DNA of 64,000 nt from Octopus vulgaris (lineage: Eukaryota): positions 103,354,001 to 103,418,000 of the forward strand of contig OX597814.1 of NCBI GenBank assembly GCA_951406725.2. Reading direction: 5' to 3'. Below, one piece after another: positions 49,040 through 64,000 of this stretch. The notes under the pieces were generated by a model. That model was not told the origin of the DNA and did no database searches. It saw nothing but the letters and a program-made list of their open reading frames with translations. Made by a program: the position numbers and the translations under genes. Within the stretch, counting starts at the first letter, position 1. Every line of letters begins with the position of its first letter.

Positions 49040-49844
49040 TCTACTACCTATGTGGGAAATTCTGTTTGTGTGTTTGTGGAGTTGTTAGCTAACTCCTACA
49101 TCGATTTATCGATCTTCATGAAACTTGGCACATGAATAGAACTCGTGTCTGGAAATCTCATGACATACTCAGATTGTTGAAAAAAAAAAATCGATGACAG
49201 AGCCCCTGGAAGGGATCCTTATATATAGCTATGGGAAATAACCCATTCATTTTCCGAAATCATTTGGTATAAATCAAATTGAGTATGCTTATTATTGAAC
49301 TGTTAGAGTTATTTTCGCAGTTTATCCAGTACAGCCCTTAAACAAGTAAATAGCATTTTGGTTAGTGACCTATTCCCGAATATACCAACACTAGCGCCCC
49401 TGAAGGTAATATCATCTGGGAACGCACAAAAGCTCTTTTCAGAGTTATTTACTTTGAATTGTTATTATCTGATTATCCTGTTATTACGTAACATGCTTCA
49501 CGATTTTCGTATACATACCTTATTAGTATCTCCTCTCATATTCTATATACTCTGGGAATGCATTAAATCCCTTTTCGGGGCTACCTTATTTGAATACTTA
49601 CTATCGGGTAAATAATTTCATGTTATTACACAACTGACTTCACAATTTGGGTATTCATAACTTATTGGGAATTCCTAAAAACAAGATCCTCTGTAAGACA
49701 GTTTGGTATTCTCTGTAAATGCACAAAAACCGTTTTAAAGGCTACATACTTTGTATTGTTGTTACTGGATTAGCGAAACAATTATGAGATCGGAACCAAG
49801 GGATAAGCCCTGCTTTCATGGGAATTACCGGGTACGTCAGCTAG
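49040..49844 (+). mobile_element. Non-autonomous Helitron
   Basis: A|TC 5' end, degenerate GC-rich 3' hairpin (gggaattaccgggt) then CTAG|T, no TSD; 3' end resembles the other two Helitrons. Confidence 0.6.
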
Positions 49845-50204
49845 TATGTACATATATTTATATGTGTGTATTTACATACATATATGCATACATTCTATGT
49901 GTGTGTGCGTGCATATATATGTACACATGATATCTTTTCTTTTTTCTTTTTCTTTCTCTTTTACTTGTTTCAGTCATTTGACTGCAGCCATCCCGGGGCA
50001 CCTCCTTAGAGAATTTTTAGTCGAATGAATCGATCTCAGTACTTTTTTTTACTTTTTAAGCTTGGTATTTACTCTGTTAGGCTCTTTTGCCAAACTGCTA
50101 AGTTACGGGAACTTAAAAATATCAACACTGGTTTTCAAGAGGCTGTGAGGGATAAACGCAGACACACACACATGCACGCACGAACGAACGAACGAACGCG
50201 CGCG

Positions 50205-50247
<43 letters not shown>

Positions 50248-52674
50248 CGGACTTCTTTCAGTTTCCGTCTACCAACTCCACTCACCAAAGTTTATATATA
50301 TATATATATATATATTTATATAATTTTAAAATCTTTGAACGATGCAGGTAAGGAGCTTAAGGTGGGTGTCAGAGAATGAAAACGAAGAGGTTGTTTAATG
50401 ATCCTATGATATTCCGAGAAAATCCACATTTCAAATAGACGAAAGCATGTATGGAGTTCTGAGGAATGTGTTGTTATTATCAAGTGATTCCAGCGTTGTG
50501 GCGAAACGCATTTATGAAAGTATCTGTTGTTATGGTCGGTTGTTACCAATTGCAAGAGGATGTGGCAAAAGCAGCAGCAGCGAGTGCGGGTGTAAAAAGG
50601 AGTGATGGGTGAGATCAATGAGCTTTAATGTTAGTCAGTAGATAAGGAATTTTGAGAATTTCTTAGTTCATACTATTCTGTATAAGAAAAAGTTGTGTTC
50701 AAATATGTACGTTTCAGATTATATTCTTTATCAAAGAGAAGGAAAAGAAATAAGAGATGTAAGAAAAGCATAAAATTGAAACGATACAGAATCCACGTCT
50801 GTTTACATTACAGGCTTATAGTAAAAGGGAAGTGGGCGAGTGGGATAGTAGGACTAGAAGTGAGGATCTGCGGAGCGAAAAAAGGAGAGAGCGCATAAGG
50901 AAGAAAAAGGAGGAGAGGGCGGGAAAGAATATGAGAAAGTTGAGGGAAAAGGAAGAGAATGAATGAAGTGAGGAGAAGAGGGGTAGCTCAAAATATCGGT
51001 GTATTTATTGTGTAGTTAATGTTCAATGTTGTCATTATGTCGGTGTTAATTAATATCTAACTTGTATCAAGGAATAGAAACTTCATGACATGCTATTCTG
51101 CAGTCACGCTCATAATATAAAATATTCAGTTAAGAATAAACGTACACATACGCAGACAAACCCAATGCAAGATCGTCTGAGATATTGCGAACAATGTGAG
51201 GTCGTTATTAGTATAGCGATCAATGTAATGACGTTAATAACACAGGGAAAAAGTTGGGTCGTTCTTAATCATGGGGTGAAATAGGTCGGAACATATTCTT
51301 CTTAGAAAATATTATCACGAAGATCTTCCTCACGACATATCCTAGAACCACCCGTTTCTTACTCTCATCAACAGCAACTGTCTTAAAATATAGTTCCAGT
51401 GTACTGATTGAATTCTTCCAATTATTTGCTATCGAAGCTGGCGGAGTCGTGACGTCGGAGTGCTGTGGTGGGTTTGGATAATGTTTGCTACCATTATATC
51501 CGGTAACGTCTCGCTTCAGTGTTTATTAACGTAGATTCCCAAACAAAGTTGTACTTGCAAAAGGTAATTTATCTCTGGAGGTTTTCTTCAATTCACTGGC
51601 CAAAATTTCTTCAAGCTGGCACAAATGGTCGTCCGACCATCGGACTGAGTCATGTGAAATTGTGAATCAACATAAATTGTGGGAAGCATGTAAATCTACC
51701 ACCGTACGAATGTTACAAAGGGAAGTGATTCACCAAAGAAAATTTCAGGATTTGACAAGGTATGCCGACAGAAAGAATGGGATAGTGTGGTCATTATGAC
51801 ATACGTTGCTCTTGAGGGCAGAGATCTTACAAACCAACTTCTAAGGAAGGAAAACAGGAAAAACCCTGAAGGATAGTGTATTTCACGCTTCATGAAGAAT
51901 CGGAGAGGGGTGTCATCTCTGATTCTAGATCTGATGCTATTGAAACAGCTGAGAAATGTATTGGGACTCATTTACCATTATTCTGTGAAAGGCCAGCTTC
52001 ACCAAGAATGATTTTTACATCCACTGGAACTTGTGAGAAAATGATTGACTATCTTAAAGTCGAACAAATATTAATGTTGGCGGTAAAGTAACTATTTAAT
52101 GTTTTAGCAAAGACAGTACTGAAGATCTTCTCTGAAATGTTTGGAGAGGACATGTTATGAGGGCTTCATATTATGTTTCTCGTTTTTAGTGAAGTTTGAT
52201 TCATTGTTATATGACGGTTTCCGATGAGTCCGACCATAAAGAATTGTCTTCATCTTACGAAATTTGGCCACCACAGTTTGCTGTCATTTTGGCAATTCTG
52301 CTAGATTCACCAGTTTTAAATGGGTCGCAGAGATGATGCTCTGCACATACCTTGAGTAAATATGGCGTACTCAACCACCGCAGTTTCTAACTCCTCCCCA
52401 CAAAAGCGGACGCTCGTTAGTTGAGAAGAATACAAAAACAGAATCACACACCTCGTATGCTATTCCAATAGAGCATACTATTATGATTTCTGTTATGTGG
52501 GCAATGAAGGCTTCCGATAAACTAAAATTATATAACTTTAAAGTTTTGTAACTTTTAATTATTAATTTCAAGACAAAATGAATGTGATTTTCGTCATCAG
52601 CTAAACTGCGCCAGAATGGAAAAAATCTGAAACAACTCTGCTGGTTGGAAAATAAAAAAAATTTTAAAGATCCT

Positions 52675-52904
<230 letters not shown>

Positions 52905-55900
52905 CTAGCAGAATTGCCCGGCGATGCTCGGGGCTGAATTGCTTGAAAGTACTGTTAATGATTGCACTGAATTATGATGATTATTCAGGCAAATATTGAT
53001 ATAAGTTTACGGCGAATGAATGTATTTGTAAGTGTATAGAAAGCCGTGTAAAGGGGTTCCTACCCCCTCGTAGAATGGTGTAAGAATTGAATGCGAGGTT
53101 GCCTTGAAAAGAGCGATGTAATTGTTCTCATAATTGTAAGAATTTGATAGTCGTGGAAGGCGGTGTAAAACGTTCGCAGGTGAATAGGGTCTCTTCGTTT
53201 TCCACGAACGGCAACGGATGTGCTGTTACAAAACTTCATGCTGTGTTAAAAGAGAATGGATGCCCTATATAGGCAAGAAGGGAATGAAGCATGGGTAAGT
53301 AAATATGGGTAATTTATAAAATATAGAACAATAGCATCTACTCACCATATGCCAGACCGGCAAGACTGTAGTGGTGCTGAATAGATGAATCACAACACAG
53401 TGGTGGAGATGTTTTCATTGATGGGCGTTATGATTAAATTTGTTGTTGTATAAAATGATCTGTTGCTTAGTTTCCAAAGTGTATGTTGCGATCGTGTTGT
53501 CGCTTATGTAAACTTTAACATTGAGAGTGTAGATGTAGGGGTAGATGTGTCATGTACGTTGGATATAGAAGATGAGGCTGGTGGTTTGATGATGAATGGA
53601 TAGAAATAGAGGTGAGCGAAGGACAGGTGTTGGTTAAGTGTGAATTAATGTCATGAAACGCCTAAAAATGTAAATGCCATCATAAAAGAGAGTCGTATGT
53701 AAGTGAAAGACTAACGTGTTCGAAAATGATGAAACGTAGTAATCCTATAAAACCTCCTAGTACACAATGTTTTTTGTTTTTCGTTGTGGAACGAATGCGA
53801 AAGCATCACTGTTGCTGCCGACACGCGAGCAGGCAACATAAAGCTGACCATGAGAGAAACATGGCTCTCCCAAATGTATTCCCGCCACAGACAGTATTTG
53901 ACCCTGCGCTTTGTTAATTGACATTGCGAAACATGGCCTTACTGGGAACCGGGACCTCCGAAATATGAAAGGTAGGTCTGCTCCTTGATGGGAAAAGATG
54001 CATCCTAGGTATGAGCACAACGTTGCCTCGACCGCACCCTGTGATAATGGTGGCCTCAATCAGATTGGGAGATAAGGACTTAACGATCAAACGTGTGCCA
54101 GTGCATTGTTTTGGGGGAAGCAAATTTCTAATGAGCATTATAGGGGCACCAACTTTAAGTTTGAGAATGTGTGGTGGTGGTCTGGGGGCTCAAAGGAATT
54201 GAGTACCTCTATTGGATAGTTGATGACGTCCTCTGGGTCAGGAGTTGTATCGATAGACTTATATACATAGACATCCCCAGGAATGAGTTTTAGCATTTCA
54301 TCATTAATATGGTGAACAGTTTTATTCCTCGGGGCCAGAATAGCTCTTTGGCCAATCCAATTCATATTCTGATAATTAGCTTGAAGATCTGGGAACACTG
54401 CATCTCTGAGATCAGAAGACGTTTTAACAATGGTACAAATGGAATCGATGGCAATATTACCACTTTCATCCCCTGGTATTTTGCCTTCGCCAAGTGCAAG
54501 GAGGGTGTGAGAAAATGCTGCTGATGTGATATCACGTCGCATATGAGCACGCATATTGGTGTGAAGTTTGAGAGTCTTCACCAGTGACCACAATGTGGAT
54601 GACTTAAGACACGCACTTACTGCATCAGCTGTAGTCCCTTTGGGAATAACGGGAAGTGTTTGTCGGAAGTCCCTTAAAAAAGAAGTGTTATGCCTCCCAT
54701 GGGAGCTGAAGAGTGTTTGATGTCTCTGAGAGATCTATCTAGTGCCTCAAGAGCACCTCTGTGGGCCATCGTGCATTCATCCCAAATGATAAGCTTGCAT
54801 CGTCTGAAAACTTCTGCCTGATCGGAGCTGTTACTGATGTTGCAAGTTGGTGTCTCAGTCTTCGCTAAGTCAAGCGGGAGCTTGAAAGTGGAGTGAGCTG
54901 TCCTGCCGCCTGGCAAGAAAGTAGCCGCAATTCCAGATGATGCCACAGCTAGGGCAATGCTTTGTGTTCGCCTAATCTTAGCCAATATTAATTAGTTGAC
55001 AAAAGTTTTCCCAGTGCCCCCAGGAGCGTCCAGGAAAAAAATCCCCTCAGCTTTGGCCCGGACTGAATTAACAACGGAGTTGTAAGCGAACTTCTGTTCT
55101 GGAAGGAGCTTTGGCTCATTGTCGGCTATGTACTCGGCAAGCTCGTCAACATTAAAACATGTCTCACGCAGCAAATGTGAAGACAGAGTGTTTGTGCCTT
55201 CCCGGTTTGTTGAAGGTAGGCCATAGACCGGCAAGGTACTACCGCCCATATCAAGTACAGTATCTTCGAACGTAGTTTGTTACCACACAGCCACACCTGC
55301 CCCTATGCATGTGTGTGTGTGTGTGTGTGTGCGTATGTGTGTATGGGTAGATATATTATGCATGTATATATATGTGTATATATATATGTGTACATATTAC
55401 ATGTAAATCTATATATATACATCTATACATAAAATACAAAATACAAAGTTATATCTTGATATCGCTAGTGATAACAATACTCAAAATATATAACAGACTG
55501 GAATTGTAGGCCCGTCTCTTGCAATTTCGATCAATTGGATCTTGTCCTCCCCTTGTATAGAAGTGTACGGCTGCAGCGAAATTCATATTTGGACTTTCTT
55601 CTATCGAAGGCATTTTAATAAAAATGCTTCCGTAAAGACGGTGAAAATATTGTCAATTTCTCCAAACAGGGACACAATTCAATTTTTAAACAATAACCAA
55701 AGCCCCTTCTCCGAAAGGGGGAGGGTTACGGTTTATAATTATTTAACAAATGCAACACAACAACGTTTCCCTGACGAGGAACCAACAAACGTGATTACAA
55801 TAGTCAAACAGTAATAATAATAACAACAAACCTTTTTAATTTATCCCCATTTATGTGAAACCACTTATTCAAGTTCAAGTCTTTGATGCAATTTTATACG

Positions 55901-56360
55901 AATTGCTAATACACACACGCACACACACACACACATAATAAAGGTGAAAAATTGAATATTAATTTGATTAATATGAATTGAAACCAGTGGTGTAGCATAT
56001 AAGACCATAGCGGATCTTCCTCTAGCAAAAAGGATGACCAGTATTAATGGCTCATCCCTGTTATATAAATACTTTCACTTTAATAGTTTCACACTTGCAA
56101 AGAGAAAGTAGGAGAAAGTGTCGTGGTAATAGCAGGAGTAAACCACTTGAAATGAGAGAGGGAAATCGTAAAATATTGAATTTTCTCGAATTTTTGCTTA
56201 ATTGGGGGTCAAATTAAAAAAACTTTACATGCCATGAACCAATCGAATCTACTTGGAAAAATCATAGGTAAATTCTAATTGAAGAAATTCTATATTGTAG
56301 AATTGTATTAAAAAGAAATATGGGAACAGGCAGAGAAAATCTGCCTTTTATCATAAGAGA
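52905..56360 (-). mobile_element. Helitron retaining a frameshifted Pif1-family helicase
   Basis: GIFFLDAPGGTGKTF, AVASSGIAATFLPGGRTAHSTFKLP, IIWDECTM, GDFRQTLPVI, AILAPRN, GTRLIV, CFAMSINKAQGQ, FSHGQLYVACSRV. Minus-strand 3' end cccgagcatcgccggg hairpin then CTAG|T at 52905; A|TC 5' end at 56360. Confidence 0.92.
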
Positions 56361-56677
56361 TTTACACGCACACACACATACAGAGTATATATATATATAT
56401 ATATATATTTACACGCACACACACATACAGAGTGTATATATATATACTCATTACTACCACTTTTCTCGGTTTCTCTTACTGAGGAATGTTAAGGCGCCAA
56501 AAAAAGTGTCTAGAAGTCTGATAGAGGTCGATACTGAGCAGATAAAAACTTTTCACACTTTTTACCGTCAGTGAACAACATAGTTTTCTCCAAAATAAAC
56601 TGCCATGAAATTGCCCTTCAAAGTTAAAATATAATACAAACAACATATTTGAAAAATCGTAAAGTTTGTTTGTGGAG

Positions 56678-56717
<40 letters not shown>

Positions 56718-56720
<3 letters not shown>

Positions 56721-57007
56721 ACTAGAACTGTTTCATTCAAGAGAAATCTTCAGGAAGCTAGTTAACAAGAATTGTATTGCCATTTATACATTTAGGCAGG
56801 TTTAAAGGGGTGTTGGTGGGGGACTTTTGGGGGTAGGCATAGCGCAAAATATCATACTTGGGGGAGTGGTCAAGGAGTCAGTGTTAAATTAGATAGAAGA
56901 ATAAATAAAAAAATAAAAAAATATATATATATAAAAAAATGTATATATATATATGTGTATGTGTGTGTGTATATATATATATATATGTATATGTATATAT
57001 ATGTGTA

Positions 57008-57082
<75 letters not shown>

Positions 57083-57456
57083 AAGTTTATATGTATGTAT
57101 CCGTCTATATAATAGGTAACTGCACGTACATATACTTAATATTTATTATTTATTTTTTGAGTATGCATGTATGAATAACTGCGCGTATATATATTTTACT
57201 ATTTACTTATTTTTAGAGTATGCATGTAAGTATGAATATAAGGAGGCGCGTGTGTGTGTGTGTATGTGTAAGCATAGATATATGTATACTTTTACGCATG
57301 TGTGTACTTATGTGTATATATGGATGCGCGTGTGTGTGTGTGTATGGGTACGCATGTACATGTGTATGTGCGTGTATGTGTATATGAGTATGTATGTATG
57401 TGTGTGCGTATATTTGTATATGTATGTATGTATACGTATGTGTGTGTATGTATATT

Positions 57457-57491
<35 letters not shown>

Positions 57492-57698
57492 ATATGTATG
57501 TATGTATATGTATATGCGTATGTGTATGTATTTGTATGTGTATGCATGCGCGTATATATATGTATGTATATGTATACGTGTGGGTGTGTGTATGTGTATA
57601 AATGTATGTATGTATGGATGTATGGATGTATGTATGTATACGTATGTATGTGTATGTGTGTATATGTATGTATGTGTATGTGTGTATATATATGTATA

Positions 57699-57743
<45 letters not shown>

Positions 57744-58850
57744 GTGTATATTTATGTGATATATATATATACATGTATGTATTTGTATGTAGGTGTATAT
57801 GTATGTGTGTGTATTTATATTTATTGGTGTATATGTATAGACTAGCCTTCTAAGAGTGTAGACATGAATCTGTAGGTACGCGTACGTATGTGTATATACG
57901 TGAATGTATGTAGATGTATGTATGTATGAACATAACGCGTGCGTGCGTGTATGTGTATGAGTGTACGAATGAGTGAGTGTACCTGCTAAAGAGTGTGCGT
58001 GAGTGAATGAGTGCTTGTTTTCCAGTAGACAGATAAATGGACTGGCTGTCATAGCCAAGATGTTTGTGACCAGCGGTCAAAGATAACAAAAGTAATAAAT
58101 GAAGATAATAAAATTAAAATTAGGGAATGGGTCTGTATTTGTATGTGTATATATATGTGTGTATGTGTAGGTATGCATAGGTACACATATGTATATATAT
58201 ATATATATATATGTATGTATATGTATGTGTGTGTATATATGTGTGTATGTGTATATATGTGTATATAGGGACTAGTGTGCTGTGTGTGCATGTGTGTGTG
58301 TGGATATGTGTGTGTATGCGTGTATGTGTGTATGTGTGTGTATGTGTATATATATTTTTCTGTGTGTATATGTATGTGTAAGTGTATATATATGTATATA
58401 TATGTGTGTGTGTGTATGTGTGTATGTATATGTATATATGTTTGTATGTGTGTGTATATATGTATACATATGTGCATAGGTATAAGTGAGAATCTCCTTA
58501 TTTACCTAAAACTCTATTCCCTTTTTTTTATATATATTTTTTTTATATATATATATATTTATTTTTTTATTTATTCTTCTATCTAATTTAACACTGACTC
58601 CTTGACCACTCCCCCAAGTATGATATTTTGCGCTATGCCTACCCCCAAAAAGTCCCCCACCAACACCCCTTTAAACCTGCCTAAATGTATAAATGGCAAT
58701 ACAATTCTTGTTAACTAGCTTCCTGAAGATTTCTCTTGAATGAAACAGTTCTAGTCCTGTAGAAGCTCCTTCTATATAATAAATTAATTTTACTCTGCTA
58801 TGTATTGAGTACCTTATTTACTGTGGTTAACCCCGAATCAACCCGGGACC

Positions 58851-58853
<3 letters not shown>
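56718..58853 (+). mobile_element. Non-autonomous Penelope-like element with inverted terminal copy and microsatellite-rich interior
   Basis: 56718-~56940 is a near-perfect inverted copy of ~58535-58758; carries a hammerhead motif; (TA)n on both flanks; no RT ORF. Confidence 0.7.
58717..58767 (+). ncRNA. Type I hammerhead ribozyme (minimal, Penelope-type)
   Basis: agcttc CTGAAGA t-ttc-tctt-gaa-t GAAA cag-ttctagtc-ctg TA gaagct; stem I 6 bp; predicted cleavage after GUA at 58761. Confidence 0.8.
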
Positions 58854-58884
<31 letters not shown>

Positions 58885-59033
58885 AATTAAGGACTGCACA
58901 CGAAAAGTGGACAGTCAACATGCTAGATATAGACGTCAAATCGCCATTCTCCACAAAAAGTTTATGTTCTCAGATCAAACTCAGCAAAACCAAAGCAATA
59001 AACAAGTGAAAAATATACGAAATAAATATTTAC

Positions 59034-59098
59034 CCATGTACTAAATTTGGTTTCAGCTGTTATTTTCTGCAAGGAAAAGTGCAGCATCATCAGCATGG
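59034..59098 (-). ncRNA. Type I hammerhead ribozyme (minus-strand copy)
   Basis: Reverse complement of 59724-59788 with two substitutions (one in stem II, one in stem III); core intact. Confidence 0.8.
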
Positions 59099-59723
59099 TC
59101 CCATATAAAATGTAATTTGCTGTACTATATGCCAACACGACACCAAAATATCGCGTGCATGGAGTACGGCCTATTACATTTGAAATATATATTTCAAATG
59201 CCTCTACTTTTGGCGCGGTGAGACCCGGGAAAACTAGCCTGCAGCTAATAGTTAGCAGCAGTTAATTTATCGGTTAGAGAACAAATATTTATAAAATTAA
59301 ATTTAGGGTAAAGATTGATATTTATCAATTAGAACCAATGGTCTAGCATATTAAAGAAAGAATCCGAAGATTAAAATATTTATATATACCAATTAAGGAC
59401 TGCACACGAAAAGTGGACAGTCAACATGCTAGATATAGACGTCAAATCGCCATTCTCCACAAAAAGTTTATGTTCTCAGATCAAACTCAGCAAAACCAAA
59501 GCAATAATTTTTACCCTAAATTTAATTTTATAAATATTTGTTCTCTAACCGATAAATTAACTGCTGCTAACTATTAGCTGCAGGCTAGTTTTCCCGGGTC
59601 TCACCGCGCCAAAAGTAGAGGCATTTGAAATATATATTTCAAATGTAATAGGCCGTACTCCATGCACGCGATATTTTGGTGTCGTGTTGGCATTTAGTAC
59701 AGCAAATTACATTTTATATGGGA

Positions 59724-59788
59724 CCATGCTGATGATGCTGCACTTTTCCTTGCGGAAAATAACAGCTGAAACTAAATTTAGTACATGG
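59724..59788 (+). ncRNA. Type I hammerhead ribozyme
   Basis: ccatg CTGATGA t-gctg-cac-ttttcc-ttgc-ggaaaa-taa-cagc-t GAAA ctaaatttag TA catgg; palindromic stem-loop III; predicted cleavage after GUA at 59783. Confidence 0.88.
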
Positions 59789-60039
59789 GTAAATATTTAT
59801 TTCGTATATTTTTCACTTGTTTATTGCTTTGGTTTTGCTGAGTTTGATCTGAGAACATAAACTTTTTGTGGAGAATGGCGATTTGACGTCTATATCTAGC
59901 ATGTTGACTGTCCACCTTTCGTGTGCAGTCCTTAATTGGTATATATAAATATTTTGATCTTCGGATTCTTTCTTTAATATGCTAGACCACTGGTTCTAAT
60001 TGATAAATATCAATTTTTACCCTAAATTTAATTTAATAA

Positions 60040-62890
<2,851 letters not shown>

Positions 62891-63159
62891 TATATATATA
62901 TATATATATCTGGATACAGTCACTAAGTGGACACAAGCGGGCAAGAATCTGGGTCCAAGGTTCAATCGTGACATGGTTTGTTGTCGCTCTCTTAATCTCT
63001 TAATCTGATTAGCGAGAATTGATTTTAACCCCGAAATGTAAGCTAAGGAAACGCTTTTCCTTTGGTACAGTTGTGATCTGAGTGTTGAGTTGAAGATGTA
63101 ATAAGACTTGGGATATTTGAGTGTTAAATCTTGGAATATCTAAATATTGTGGCCATAGA

Positions 63160-63370
63160 TACTGAGTAAAGCCTAAGACCCCGAGTAAGGCCATTGGTAC
63201 TGAGTAAGGCCTTAAACCCCGGGTAAGATCCTAGTCGTTGAGTGAAGCCATTGGTATGCAGTACCAATGACTGACCGAAGGCCGTTGGTATTATTAAAGA
63301 CTACAGACACCGACTAAGGCCATTGACGCCGAGCAAGGCCTTAGGCTAAATAAGGCCATTGGCACCAAGT
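63160..63370. repeat. Degenerate ~19-20-bp tandem repeat
   Basis: Recurring ccgagtaaggccattgg / actgagtaaggcctta units. Confidence 0.6.
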
Positions 63371-64000
63371 ATTATTTATCAATTTTTCGAAACTTAATTC
63401 TAATAACTTGATGGTCAATCTCATACCATAGTTAGCTGAACTCAGGAATTGGGGGTCTAATGATTAAAGATAGAACACAGTCAATTGTTGCGATGGAAAA
63501 CTTTTAATCTACTATTGAGACTAGAGACAATAGTCAAGTCTCCACTAATCCCCCTCTGTACATTTCCATATCTACAGCCAAAGCAAGACGCCTTCTTTAC
63601 TTTCCATGCCAGTATTTACACGAAAGACAAAAAGGAAGTCTTTAATCAACGTCAGAAATAAAGACAAACGACTGATGTAGTTTGTTGTTTTATTATACAA
63701 AGCAGTTTCTCTTTTGTTTTCTCTTCCTTATAATTCATTCATCAATGATTAACTTTAAGAAAGTTATTGGGCTTTAAGATCTCACTTATTCCAAATTATA
63801 ATTGAACGAGTATTACAACTGTTAGTTTCTATCAAATATTTCCCTCGGAATTCACTTTTATTCTGTCATTGGTTTTTATGTAGGAATTTAGAATAGAAAT
63901 CCAGTATTCAAAAATCCGCCAGACGTTCTGTAAAAACAAATTAGAGAATAAATACAGACAAAACATTAGCAACTATCCAAGAGAAAAATAAAGAAGAATG

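Larger units (their letters stand above)
58881..60034. mobile_element. Hammerhead-bearing 506-bp repeat unit in tandem plus inverted arrangement (retrozyme/Penelope-like)
   Basis: Unit starts at 58881 and restarts at 59387; orientation flips at ~59506; in the inverted arm aatttttaccctaaattt recurs at 59506 and 60012; flanked by (TA)n. Confidence 0.85.

Noticed and set aside
50340-52450. Complex sequence that may be decayed gag or Penelope coding DNA
   Set aside because: Only weak, fragmentary resemblance; cannot be supported without a search
52550-52606. Minus-strand CTGATGA...GAAA-ttaa-TA hammerhead-like motif
   Set aside because: Stem I and the base of stem II do not pair in register; at best a decayed relic
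57171-58586. Long ORFs up to 224 aa rich in Y/V/C/M or H/T/I
   Set aside because: Stop-free translations of (TATG)/(TG) microsatellite

Overview
AT-rich, microsatellite- and transposon-dense animal genomic DNA. The repeat families and overall character suggest an octopus or other coleoid cephalopod (inference, not tested). Two host genes lie on the + strand. The first is the terminal coding exon of VPS35 (2505-2684). The second is a complete ~31-kb selenophosphate synthetase gene (SPS/SEPHS family, 8 predicted coding exons, 13157-44184, ~399 aa). Its active-site codon is an in-frame TGA (13371-13373, KG-U-GCK). The TGA is followed by GGG-TGT and a 15-bp hairpin after an 8-nt spacer. A well-formed type II SECIS lies ~2 kb into the 3' UTR (46227-46297), downstream of three AATAAA hexamers and just upstream of a distal one. 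This layout could yield both a Sec-containing and a SECIS-less product. At 56.7-60.0 kb, two different non-coding elements sit in (TA)n tracts and carry type I hammerhead ribozyme motifs. One is a 506-bp unit in tandem plus inverted arrangement (retrozyme/Penelope-like). The other has an inverted terminal copy that breaks off at the predicted self-cleavage site. The rest comprises decayed RTE LINEs and their tails, tRNA-derived SINEs, mariner and piggyBac relics and MITEs, and three Helitrons.
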